The notes under the pieces: generated by a model | What the model was told of the DNA's origin: nothing | The model's database searches: none | Seen by the model: only the letters and a program-made list of their open reading frames with translations | Made by a program: the position numbers and the translations under genes | Assembly: GCA_963792415.1 (NCBI GenBank) | Contig: CAWBVY010000006.1 | Location: 448,001 to 512,000, forward strand | DNA: 64,000 nucleotides | DNA from: Candidatus Deferrimicrobiaceae bacterium | GTDB lineage: Bacteria; Desulfobacterota; Deferrimicrobia; Deferrimicrobiales; Deferrimicrobiaceae | Direction of reading: 5' to 3' | Shown here: piece by piece, positions 1 through 11,185 of the stretch | How the letters are laid out: the number at the start of each line of letters is the position of its first letter | How positions within the stretch are numbered: position 1 is the stretch's first letter

Positions 1-667
1 GCGACGGCCTCCCGCACCATCGACGGCGGCATGTTGTCGAGGAGGACCGCGTCGGCCCCCGCCGCCACCGCCGCCGCAACGTCCGGTATCGTCTCCGCCT
101 CGACCTCGACGCGGAGGAGGTGGTGCGACGCCGAACGCGCCGCGGCGACCGCCGGGGCGATCCCCCCGGCCACGCGGATTCCGTTCTCCTTGATGAGGAT
201 CCCGTCCGAAAGGGAGAACCGGTGGTTCGTCCCGCCCCCCACCCGGACGGCGTACTTCTCGAGAACCCGGAGCAGCGGCGTCGTCTTCCTCGTGTCGAGG
301 AGCTTCGTGCCGTGGGCCGCGATCCGCGAAGCGTAGAGGGACGTCGCCGTGGCCACGCCCGAGAGTCGCTGGAGGAAGTTGAGGGCCACCCGCTCCGCCC
401 TCAAGAGGGAGGCGGCCGGTCCGGACGCTTTCCCGACCTGGTCCCCGCGGGCCACGCGGCACCCTTCGGGGGAAAAGGAAACGGAAACGGACGGGTCGAC
501 CTGACGGAACACCTCCGCCGCCACCGGTCCGCCGCACAGCACCCCGTCGCCCCCCGCCAGAAAAAGGCCCGACGCGTCCCCCTGGAACGCCTCTCCGAAG
601 GGGTCGCCGAACGGGGCGTCCTCGCGCAGGGCCGCACGGACGATCTCCTCGTACAGGTGACGGGGGA

Positions 668-671
<4 letters not shown>
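1..671 (-). CDS. nadC: Nicotinate-nucleotide pyrophosphorylase (carboxylating), 3' end beyond window edge
   Basis: Manual minus-strand translation: MIPRHLYEEIVRAALREDAPFGD... through ...GADAVLLDNMPP. The ATG at 669-671 overlaps the valS TGA (ATGA). Not in the ORF track because it runs off the edge. Confidence 0.9.
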
Positions 672-3322
<2,651 letters not shown>

Positions 3323-3409
3323 CGGTGAAAACGCTCCATGGTCGGAAATGCGGTGCGAGGGCGTCCTGACGCTACCGCCCGGACGCAGGCGGGGCGAAAG
3401 GCTACCGGA

Positions 3410-4687
3410 TCAGGAGGAAGGCTTCCCGGCCTGGCGGCGTATTCGGGCGATCTCTTCGCGGATGAGCGTTTCCGCCGTGGACGGGATCACCTCCCACGCG
3501 ACGGTCTCGACCGACTCGCGAAGCTTCGCGGAGAACTCCGCAGAGAGACGGTCCGTCATCTCCCACATCACCTTCTCCACCGCCTCGGAGGCGACGGTCC
3601 GGAAGATCTCCTCGGCGCGCCCGGCGAAGAATTCCCTTAGTTCCGCGTCGCCCGGCCGGGACCCTGCGTCGGACGGGGCGATGAACGTCTCGGGGGACGC
3701 GGGGCGGGACCCCTGGACGGATTCTCCCGCAAGGACAGGCACCGGGCCGGCGTGTTCCGCAACGGCAGTCTCCTCGGCGACTGGCGCCGGGACGCCGGAC
3801 TCCGCGGCGGCGGGCGGCGCGGAGACCGGTTCGTCGACGACCGTTCGCGCGGTCTCGTGCGAAAGGATCCGGAGCGAGGCAGGTGCATCGGTAGAAACGG
3901 TGTCGGCCGGCGGCATGGGAACCTCGATGTCCTCGAGAGGTTCGACCTCCTCGACCTCCTCCACTTCGTCCAGCGCCGGCGAAAGATCGGTCACGGGCGG
4001 CGGAGAATCCGCATGGAGGACGCGTTCCACGTGTTCGAACTCCGGCGCGGCTTCAGGCGGGGGCAAATCCGAGGGGAATTCGCGCGTGCCCCCTTCGATC
4101 TCGTCGATCGACACATCGAACTCGTTGAAGGTGGAGGGGACCTTGTCCCCCCCGGTGAAGATCGCCCCGGAGAGGAGCCCATCCCCCCTCGCCGGCGGGG
4201 GCGCCGCGGATTTCCCCGCCTCGGCCTCGACCTCGTCCAGGACATCGCTGAAGTCCCAGCGCTCGTCGACCGCGGGCGCCTCTTCCGCTTTCGGGGACTC
4301 CGCGACCTGCGCCCCTTGGTGAAGAAGCCGCTCGATGCTCTCCAGCAACTCCCTGGACTCGAAGGGCTTGAAAAGGACGCCTCTGGCTCCAGAGGCCTTG
4401 AAGCGCGCCTCGTCGAGAGGGACCATGGTCCCGGAGAGGATGAGGACGGGGATCTTTTCGGTCTTCTCCATGGCGCGGAGTTCCGCGGCAACGGCAAAGC
4501 CGTTTTTCCCGGGAAGGGTGAGGTCGGCGACCACGAGGTCGGGGAAGATCTCGCCCGCGAGGCGGACGGCATCCTCCCCGTTGTCGACCGCGGTGATCGC
4601 AATGTCCGAACGGGACAGGGCGAGCTCGAACACCTTCCGGATCGTCAGACTGTCTTCCGCAAGAAGAAGCTTTTTCGGCATGGTCAC
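3410..4687 (-). CDS. romR: RomR-like response regulator (receiver, acidic Pro-rich linker, conserved helical C-terminus)
   Basis: Receiver motifs LLAEDS...VVADLTLPG...LFKPF; low-complexity E/P linker; C-terminal VETVAWEVIPSTAETLIREEIARIR resembling the RomR tail; adjacent to valS as in myxobacteria. Confidence 0.8.
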   Translation of the reverse strand: MTMPKKLLLAEDSLTIRKVFELALSRSDIAITAVDNGEDAVRLAGEIFPDLVVADLTLPGKNGFAVAAELRAMEKTEKIPVLILSGTMVPLDEARFKASGARGVLFKPFESRELLESIERLLHQGAQVAESPKAEEAPAVDERWDFSDVLDEVEAEAGKSAAPPPARGDGLLSGAIFTGGDKVPSTFNEFDVSIDEIEGGTREFPSDLPPPEAAPEFEHVERVLHADSPPPVTDLSPALDEVEEVEEVEPLEDIEVPMPPADTVSTDAPASLRILSHETARTVVDEPVSAPPAAAESGVPAPVAEETAVAEHAGPVPVLAGESVQGSRPASPETFIAPSDAGSRPGDAELREFFAGRAEEIFRTVASEAVEKVMWEMTDRLSAEFSAKLRESVETVAWEVIPSTAETLIREEIARIRRQAGKPSS

Positions 4688-4705
4688 CCCCGCTTGTCCT
4701 ACATA

Positions 4706-6958
4706 TTAAGTAGATTCAAGCATCTTTTCAACCAGCAGGAAATCGACCTCGCCCCGATCGGGGTCCGCGCGCCGCACCCGCACGCGCACTAGGTCGCCAA
4801 GCCCGATCCGGCGTTTCCGATATTGCCCGACCCACTCGATCCGGTCCGGCGAGAGCCGGTATGCATCGTCCCGGAGCGTCGAAACGTGAACCATCCCGTC
4901 GATCATGGAGCCTTCAAGCTCAACGAAGAATCCCGTGGAGACGAGGGAGGAGACGGCCCCGTCGAAAGTGCGCCCCACCTGCCCCGCCATGAACAACGCC
5001 TTCGCCCGCTGTTCGAGCGCCCGCTCCGCCTCCGTCGCCAGTCGCTCCCTTCCGGAAAGGTGGCTCCCGATCTCCGGTCCCTTCTCCTGCAGGGTCCGAA
5101 GGGAATCGGCCGATCCCCGATCCCCGAGCGCCGCCTTGAGCACCCGGTGGACGAGGAGGTCCGGGTAGCGGCGGATCGGTGAGGTGAAATGGGTGTACCG
5201 CGAGAGTGCGAGCCCGAAATGCCCTTTCGTCTCCGGGCCGTAGCGTGCGAGCATCAGGCTGCGCAGGAGCATCCTGTGAACCGTCCGCTCGAATTTCCCC
5301 CCCCGCGCGAGTTCCGCCCACGCCTGGAGGAGGGAAGAGGCGTCGCGGCGGTCTGTGGGCCGGGAACGGCGCAGAAGTTTTCCGGCCGCCACCTCGAACT
5401 CCTCGATCTTCTCCAAAGCAGGCTCCTCGTGAATCCGGAAGAGGAAGGCGTCGCCGCGGCCGGACAGGTACTCGGCCACCGCCGTGTTCGCGAGCAGCAT
5501 GAACTCCTCGATCAGGCGGTGGGATTCGTATCGTTCCGACGGCTTCACGGAAACCGGCATCCCGTCCACGACGGCGATCTCCGCCTCGGGAAGGTCAAGG
5601 TCAAGGGCGCCGCGCCCGAAGCGCGCAAGGGTCAAACCTCCCGCGGCCGTCGCCATGTCGCGCAGCATCCGCCCGATCTCCGCCGTGATCTTCGCGCCGC
5701 CGGGTTTCCCCCCCTTCCCTTCGAGGGTACCGGTGCCGAGAAAAGAGTGGACCTCGCCGTAGGTCAGGCGCGCGCGGCTCCGGATGACGGAGGGGTGGAA
5801 GGACGGAGTCCCGGGAGTCCCCCCGGGCCGGATCGGGATTTCGACCGTCATCGTCAGGCGGTTCACGCCGGGCTTCAGGCTGCACACCCCCTCCGAGAGT
5901 TCCGGTGGCAGCATGGGAATGCAGCGATCGGGGAAGTAGACGCTGGTGCCTCGGAGGTACGCCTCCCGATCAAGATACGACCCCGGCTCGACGTAATGGG
6001 CGACATCGGCGATCGCGACAAACAGGCGGAAGCCGTCCCCCTCCCGGACGAGGCAGACGGCGTCGTCGAAGTCCCGGGCATCCTCCCCGTCGATCGTGAC
6101 GAACGGAAGATCCCTCTGGTCGACCCGCGGGTGCGCCTCGTCCCCATGGCACACCCCGCCACCGCGGGCGGAAAGGCGGACCGCCTGCGGGACAGCCCCC
6201 GCCGCCTTCAGGGCGGGGTCCGGAAACGTGACCGGAAGATCCATCGCGGAGGTCACCGCAAGGAAGAGGGTCTCCATCGTGTGCGACTTCCCGAGGGCGC
6301 GTACGACGCTGGCGCGCCCCTCCTTCCCCCCTTTGGGGTATTCGGTGACCTCCGCGAGGACAAGGTCCCCGGGTTCCGCCGAAAAATCCTCCGGGAGGTC
6401 CACCTCGAGGAGCAGGTCGGACTCCCGGTCGCGGAACCGGACGAAGAAGCGGTTCCCCGTCGGCGCGTACCGGCCGACAAACGTCCGGATCCCTCGCTCG
6501 AGGATCCGCTCGACCCGCCCATACGACAGGCCGCCGGCGCGCCGCCGATCGAGCCGCACCACCACCCGGTCCTTGGGCCATGCCCCGGAGAGGGAGTGTC
6601 CCGGAATCCGCACGATGGGGGTATCCGGATCGACCGGAATCACGATCGGCCGTCCCTCGCGCGTGAAGCGCAGGCGTCCCTCGACGGTCCGGCCTTCGTC
6701 CGCTCCCCGTCGTTCCCGCGGGGAGCCGTACGGCGTCCCCTCGCCGAAAACCCGACCCTTCCCGCGACGGGGCGGCTTCTTCTCCCGTTTCCCCCTCACT
6801 CCATCCGGGTTCAGCGCCTTCAGCGCCGCCTTGAAGGCGCGCCGCTCGCCCTTCTCTACGCCGGCCTCGCGGTACCACTCCTTCACCGATGCGCGAGACA
6901 CCTCGAGCGTCTTCGGGCGCTGCCGGAGCCACCGTTCCCAATACGCCTGGTCGCGCAT
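4706..6958 (-). CDS. rnr: Ribonuclease R (RNB family)
   Basis: VTIDGEDARDFDDA, HFTSPIRRYPD, C-terminal S1 domain. Start placed at ATG 6958 after AAGGAG; the ORF track uses GTG 6988. Confidence 0.93.
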   Translation of the reverse strand: MRDQAYWERWLRQRPKTLEVSRASVKEWYREAGVEKGERRAFKAALKALNPDGVRGKREKKPPRRGKGRVFGEGTPYGSPRERRGADEGRTVEGRLRFTREGRPIVIPVDPDTPIVRIPGHSLSGAWPKDRVVVRLDRRRAGGLSYGRVERILERGIRTFVGRYAPTGNRFFVRFRDRESDLLLEVDLPEDFSAEPGDLVLAEVTEYPKGGKEGRASVVRALGKSHTMETLFLAVTSAMDLPVTFPDPALKAAGAVPQAVRLSARGGGVCHGDEAHPRVDQRDLPFVTIDGEDARDFDDAVCLVREGDGFRLFVAIADVAHYVEPGSYLDREAYLRGTSVYFPDRCIPMLPPELSEGVCSLKPGVNRLTMTVEIPIRPGGTPGTPSFHPSVIRSRARLTYGEVHSFLGTGTLEGKGGKPGGAKITAEIGRMLRDMATAAGGLTLARFGRGALDLDLPEAEIAVVDGMPVSVKPSERYESHRLIEEFMLLANTAVAEYLSGRGDAFLFRIHEEPALEKIEEFEVAAGKLLRRSRPTDRRDASSLLQAWAELARGGKFERTVHRMLLRSLMLARYGPETKGHFGLALSRYTHFTSPIRRYPDLLVHRVLKAALGDRGSADSLRTLQEKGPEIGSHLSGRERLATEAERALEQRAKALFMAGQVGRTFDGAVSSLVSTGFFVELEGSMIDGMVHVSTLRDDAYRLSPDRIEWVGQYRKRRIGLGDLVRVRVRRADPDRGEVDFLLVEKMLEST

Positions 6959-7082
6959 CCGCGTCTCCTTCACGTCGAAATCCTCCACCCATCATACCGG
7001 CGGGAATAATTTACGGGTCGCTTTTTGGGGATTGCCGCGACGGCCGGTTTTGCGTTACTCTTCATTCCTCCGCGGAATGCGT

Positions 7083-7169
7083 GCCGAAGTGGCGGAACTG
7101 GCAGACGCGCCAGATTCAGGGTCTGGTGTGGGCAACCACGTGGGGGTTCAAATCCCCCCTTCGGCACCA
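7083..7169 (+). tRNA. tRNA-Leu(CAG)
   Basis: Acceptor stem GCCGAAG/CTTCGGC, anticodon arm CCAGA-TT-CAG-GG-TCTGG, long variable arm, T-arm GGGGG-TTCAAAT-CCCCC, encoded CCA. Confidence 0.97.
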
Positions 7170-7290
7170 TCCTTCGCTCCTCATCGCAAACGTACCCCCG
7201 TGTTATCGGAGCTTCCTCCTCCGCTTAAGCTTCGGAGGACAAGACGGATGGCAAGGCATCCCGAGCGAAGGATGCCCTCCGCAGCCCTGG
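7167..7290. repeat. Cluster of nested bulged-hairpin (REP-like) units at the tRNA-Leu 3' end
   Basis: Outer CCATCC-TTC-GCTCC...GGAGC-T^AC-GGATGG-CAAG, with a 30-bp unit TCCTCC-TCC-GCTTAAGC-TTC-GGAGGA-CAAG (7214-7243) inserted; GGCATCC...GGATGCC hairpin at 7255-7276. Confidence 0.75.
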
Positions 7291-7341
7291 CCGGGGTTTC
7301 TTTCCCGGGTAGGGCGCAGGAGGGCACTCTTGCTGAACATC

Positions 7342-7391
7342 GGGGATTTGAACGCGAGCTCGACGACGACGAATCCTTCCTTCGGCACCAT
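7342..7391. repeat. att-like copies of tRNA-Leu 3' sequence
   Basis: 7342-7353 GGGGATTTGAAC is the exact reverse complement of T-arm 7146-7157; 7371-7391 matches tRNA end 7150-7170 at 18/21 positions. Confidence 0.65.
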
Positions 7392-7530
7392 GACGATCGC
7401 GAAGGGATCCGGAGGATAACCTGCAGTCTTTGAAAATCGCTCCGGACTGCGGAAACCGAAAGGGCGGGTTGCCCCGCCCCCGATTAGAGATCACCCGCTC
7501 ATCGGGCCGGGGATGGCCTACCCCCCCCCG

Positions 7531-7725
7531 TTAAAAAATACTTTGGATGGAACGCTCCCTGAGGATGAATATGTTTGAATCCATCGACGACGTTGCATAT
7601 ATCTTTTGGGCCAAACGCAACATGTCCAAGGCGTTGTCATTCCGCTCTCCCCTCCTACGATCCACCACCTTCCCGATTCGTTCTGTCTTATTGGTCTCAA
7701 TGCGATAGACGGTGTAAGTCTTCAT
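7531..7725 (-). CDS. Small hypothetical protein (64 aa)
   Basis: MKTYTVYRIETNKTERIGKVVDRRRGERNDNALDMLRLAQKIY...; purine-rich RBS before ATG 7725; protein-like composition. Confidence 0.6.
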   Translation of the reverse strand: MKTYTVYRIETNKTERIGKVVDRRRGERNDNALDMLRLAQKIYATSSMDSNIFILRERSIQSIF

Positions 7726-7756
7726 ATCCCACCATCCTGTCCCGACCTTTAGAAAG

Positions 7757-7960
7757 CTACGAATCCCCGATTTTCGATATATCCACAAGCAGCGATTTGT
7801 AGGATATTTCCATAACATGGCCCACTTGATAGCCCAACGAAACGACATCCGATGGATTGTGGCAAAGTTGATCACCCAACGAAAATACACCCGATGGATT
7901 GTAGTAAAGACAGGGGAGAAACAACATCAGCAAGGCAAGGAATATCTTCGAAAACTTCAT
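7757..7960 (-). CDS. Small putative exported protein with internal 14-aa duplication
   Basis: Signal-like MKFSKIFLALLMLFLPC; GGGGG/GGAG upstream. Confidence 0.4.
   Translation of the reverse strand: MKFSKIFLALLMLFLPCLYYNPSGVFSLGDQLCHNPSDVVSLGYQVGHVMEISYKSLLVDISKIGDS
7826..7909. repeat. Tandem 42-bp duplication (2 copies)
   Basis: 7826-7867 vs 7868-7909, 35/42 identical; encodes LYYNPSGVFSLGDQ / LCHNPSDVVSLGYQ on the minus strand. Confidence 0.85.
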
Positions 7961-8191
7961 TTCTCCGTTCCCCCATTGATGCTTTTTCCCTAATTATTCA
8001 TGCATCAAGGGGAAAAAATGCAATATTCGAACCGATGAATAGCGTGTTTATAACCAACGGAAAGTTATAACGATTCAGCTATCAGGAAGATGTACCTGCG
8101 GAAGAACTGGGACTTTATAGGGAAATATTTACCGAGAAGTTCCAAGCGCGCGAGGGGAAGCCTGGAAAATGGGACGGTACCCGGTTACACG

Positions 8192-8410
8192 TCATCTACC
8201 GGCCGTTTTGTCGCTTGCCCCGGAGGATCCACAAAGGTCTTCGAAGAGAAATACCAGCCTATCCTTCTGGGTTCCTGCTTCCTCCACGATCCTGGAACAG
8301 ACGCCGTTCCTAAACTGCATGGATCCGAAACCAAGACCTGCAAAAACCACCAGAACCGCTGCCAAAACGAACTAAAACAGATAATCTTTCATTATCAGAT
8401 ACCCCTTCAT
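8192..8410 (-). pseudogene. Small membrane/exported protein interrupted by an in-frame TAG
   Basis: GGGGGAGGAA-ATG; MKGYLIMKDYLF*FVLAAVLVVFAGLGFGSMQFRNGVCSRIVEE...KTAGR*; TAG at 8372-8374 just before a hydrophobic helix. Confidence 0.5.
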
Positions 8411-8824
8411 TTCCTCCCCCCTCCTTCCTGAGGGTTCGGTTCGGATGCCCCCATTTTTCACGATTATAAGGTTCCGGGCCGACGGAGGAAGTTTCCTCAA
8501 CGGAAAAAAACAGGCAAGGAGGGCAAGAGGGGGCCCCTGCACCACGCACACGAGGGCGAGTGCGACTGGGAACGGAAGCAGCGGATCGGTTCTACCGGTT
8601 GGGTTGATCCGAAAGCGTTGCGGATGGTCGATGTCGAGGGATTCCGTGCCGCCGTATATCCCAAGCAGGGCTGCGATATCGATATTCGGCGGAATCGTTT
8701 TCGTTACGTTCTTTGACAATCGCTCGCGAAGGCAGCATTAAGAAGGACGGAGCCGATGGCCCCGTCCTTGTCCCACACCGGGTGCCCCGCCATGAAATGC
8801 CGTGGGGCAAGGCCTGGCTGGCCG

Positions 8825-8860
8825 GCCCCACTCTCGGACGAATTGCGCTCCCTGGGGTAC
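8825..8860. repeat. Dispersed intergenic repeat, copy 1
   Basis: GCCCCACTCTCGGACGAATTGCGCTCCCTGGGGTAC; 30/36 identical to 59681-59716. Confidence 0.75.
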
Positions 8861-8945
8861 CCCGCAACGAATAGCCCGAGGGGCAAGCCTCATGGCAAAT
8901 CCTCCCTTCCCTCGACGTTTCCCCTTTGAGCGGGATTGCGAACCC

Positions 8946-9644
8946 TTATGCTCGAGGCTGCAATGGCGCGCGGATCGTGGCTTCACATCCGCCCCCGGGG
9001 CCTTTCGCCAGTTGCAGCGTCCCCCCCGCCTGCTCCACAAGGTGCCGCGCGACCGGGAGCCCCATGCCCATGTGGATCGGTTTTGCGCGGGTGGTGAACC
9101 CGACCTCGAAGATCTTCCCCTCGATCCCCGCGGGAATCCCCGGCCCCTGGTCGCTCACCGTGAATTTCCACCCGGCATCGTCGATGGACACTCGCACCGC
9201 AAGTTCCCCACCCGTTTCCGACATGGCCTCCGCGGCATTGAACAGTATCGCGAGGAGCGCCAGCCCGAAATCCCCCCGGTCGGCGCGAAGGAATCCCTGG
9301 GGAATTTCCGGAATCGGCAATACGGTCACGTTGCCGCGGCCGAGGTCGTACCGCGAGAACCGGAGGATCTCGGGAATCATCTCCCCGGGGACGAACGGTT
9401 CCGGGGAGGGAGCGTGCGGATCCACATACCGGGAGAAGAGATGGACGATCGCCCCGATCTTCTCTCCGGCGGAGAGGATCTTTCCGGCGCCGTCCCTGAT
9501 TTTCTGCTCTTCCCCCGCCGCCAACTGGATCAACTCGGAGAAGCCGAGCACGACGCTCAGGTGATTGTCGATCTCGTGGGCCACGCCCTTCACCATGCGC
9601 CCGAACAGTGCGAGCCGATACTGCTCGACGACCTTCCGGTCCAT
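8946..9644 (-). CDS. Sensor-less histidine kinase (HisKA + HATPase_c)
   Basis: H box GVAHEIDNHL, N box ILFNAAEAM, G1 DQGPGIP, F box IFEVGFTT, G2 GMGLPVA; no input domain. Confidence 0.88.
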   Translation of the reverse strand: MDRKVVEQYRLALFGRMVKGVAHEIDNHLSVVLGFSELIQLAAGEEQKIRDGAGKILSAGEKIGAIVHLFSRYVDPHAPSPEPFVPGEMIPEILRFSRYDLGRGNVTVLPIPEIPQGFLRADRGDFGLALLAILFNAAEAMSETGGELAVRVSIDDAGWKFTVSDQGPGIPAGIEGKIFEVGFTTRAKPIHMGMGLPVARHLVEQAGGTLQLAKGPGGGCEATIRAPLQPRA

Positions 9645-9659
9645 CGGACCTCCCGATTC

Positions 9660-11099
9660 CTAAATCTGCACCCCGAGCACGCCTCCGGGGCCCCGCCGCT
9701 TCGAATCGTACATGAGGCGGTCGGCGATGTTCAGGATCTCTCCCCGCCCGGGTGCGTCGTGGGCGCAGGAGGCGTACCCGACGCTCGCGGTGAAGGAGAT
9801 GACGATCTCACCCCCGATGTCCAGCCGGACGCTCGAGATCCCCTCGGCGATACGCTCCGCGATCACCGCCGCGGAGGAAAGGTCGGTCTCCGGCAGGATC
9901 ACCGCGAACTCGTCCCCCCCGTACCTCGCCGCGATGTCCGTCTTCCGCAGGTGGGCCCCCAACGCGCCCGCCACCAGCGCGAGCACCCGGTCCCCGGTCG
10001 TGTGGCCGTATCGGTCGTTGATCTCCTTGAAGCGGTCCAGGTCCAGCATGATGACCGCCATCGGCCGGACGTACCGGTTCGCCCGCTCCAGTTCGATGGC
10101 GAGCTTCTCGTGGAACGACCCGTGGTTGTAAAGCAGGGTCAGGGAGTCCTTCTCGGCCAGCGATTTGACCAATCCGAACATCCCGGCGTTCTCGATGGCG
10201 ATGGCGAGGTAGGACGCGAGCACCCGCATCGTCGGAAGCAGTTCCGGTTCGAACGCGCTCGGCTCGGGGTGATTGAGCATCAGTACCCCGATGTTCTTCC
10301 CCTTCGACACGAGGGGCACGCACATGAACGAGCGGACGTCCGTGCGACGCCCCCCGTAGTGCAGAAAGTCCGGGGAGGATCTGACGTCGGGGATCCAGGC
10401 GGGCTCCCCGGTGACGAACACTTTCCCCGCGACCCCTTCCCCCGGGGCGAGGGTGAACTCCGGGACCGTCCCTACGTCTCCCAGCGAGACGGATTTCGCA
10501 ACAAGCCGCTTCGTCTCCCAGGAGTACAGCATGATGCAGAAGTCGGTCAGGCCCAACTTCGCCATCACCCGTTCCGGAATGATCCGGTACAGTTCCTCGG
10601 GGTCCAGGGTCCCGGCGATGACGGCGGAGACCTCCGCCATCGTCCGGAGGTACTGGACGTTCGACTCGAGGTTTGTCCGCGTCTTCTCGAGGTCGCGCCG
10701 GAGGCGTTCGACCTGTGCGAGGCGCTTCTCGCGATCCCGGACCTCCTCGCGAAGCGTGGCGACCGACCGCTCCTGCCGGGCGAAGATCGCTTCCGCCAAC
10801 GGGGCCAGGGGACCTTTCACCGGCGGCAAGGGGCCGTCGCCGCCCTCCGTCACCGCGATCCGGAGCCGTTGGACATGCCGGAATACGGTCCGTTCGAGAA
10901 GGACGGAACTGGCCACGGCCAGGACGAATTCGCCGGCGGCGGCCCCCGCCAGGAAAACGCCGGGAGCCGTGGAGAAGCCCCCGAGGAAAAGGGACGCGAC
11001 GACCGTCAAGGCAAGAAGGCCGCACCATGCGAGCGCGAATCCCACTCGCCACCCGGAACGATCCGCCTCCCCCCCGCCTCTGTCGTTTCCCATCCGCAT
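9660..11099 (-). CDS. Membrane-anchored GAF-GGDEF diguanylate cyclase
   Basis: Two N-terminal TM segments, coiled coil, GAF (GEGVAGKV...SFMCVPL), DSLTLLYN, RKTD I-site, RYGGDEF. Confidence 0.93.
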   Translation of the reverse strand: MRMGNDRGGGEADRSGWRVGFALAWCGLLALTVVASLFLGGFSTAPGVFLAGAAAGEFVLAVASSVLLERTVFRHVQRLRIAVTEGGDGPLPPVKGPLAPLAEAIFARQERSVATLREEVRDREKRLAQVERLRRDLEKTRTNLESNVQYLRTMAEVSAVIAGTLDPEELYRIIPERVMAKLGLTDFCIMLYSWETKRLVAKSVSLGDVGTVPEFTLAPGEGVAGKVFVTGEPAWIPDVRSSPDFLHYGGRRTDVRSFMCVPLVSKGKNIGVLMLNHPEPSAFEPELLPTMRVLASYLAIAIENAGMFGLVKSLAEKDSLTLLYNHGSFHEKLAIELERANRYVRPMAVIMLDLDRFKEINDRYGHTTGDRVLALVAGALGAHLRKTDIAARYGGDEFAVILPETDLSSAAVIAERIAEGISSVRLDIGGEIVISFTASVGYASCAHDAPGRGEILNIADRLMYDSKRRGPGGVLGVQI

Positions 11100-11185
11100 G
11101 AGGCGAAATTACCACGAATCCCCCTTACCGGAAACGGAGGAAATCGGTGAGAATATCGGAATCCTTCAAGGGCCCGAGGGGAATC

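Noticed and set aside
7826-7909. Possible mini-CRISPR
   Set aside because: Two directly adjacent degenerate copies with no spacers and no cas genes
8535-8716. Plus-strand open stretch HHAHEGECDWERKQRIGSTGWVDPKALRMVDVEGF...
   Set aside because: No canonical start at its 5' end and no recognisable motif; cannot be supported
8750-8945. c-di-GMP riboswitch near the diguanylate cyclase
   Set aside because: No GEMM consensus (GNRA loop/receptor with GCAAA motifs) was recognisable on either strand
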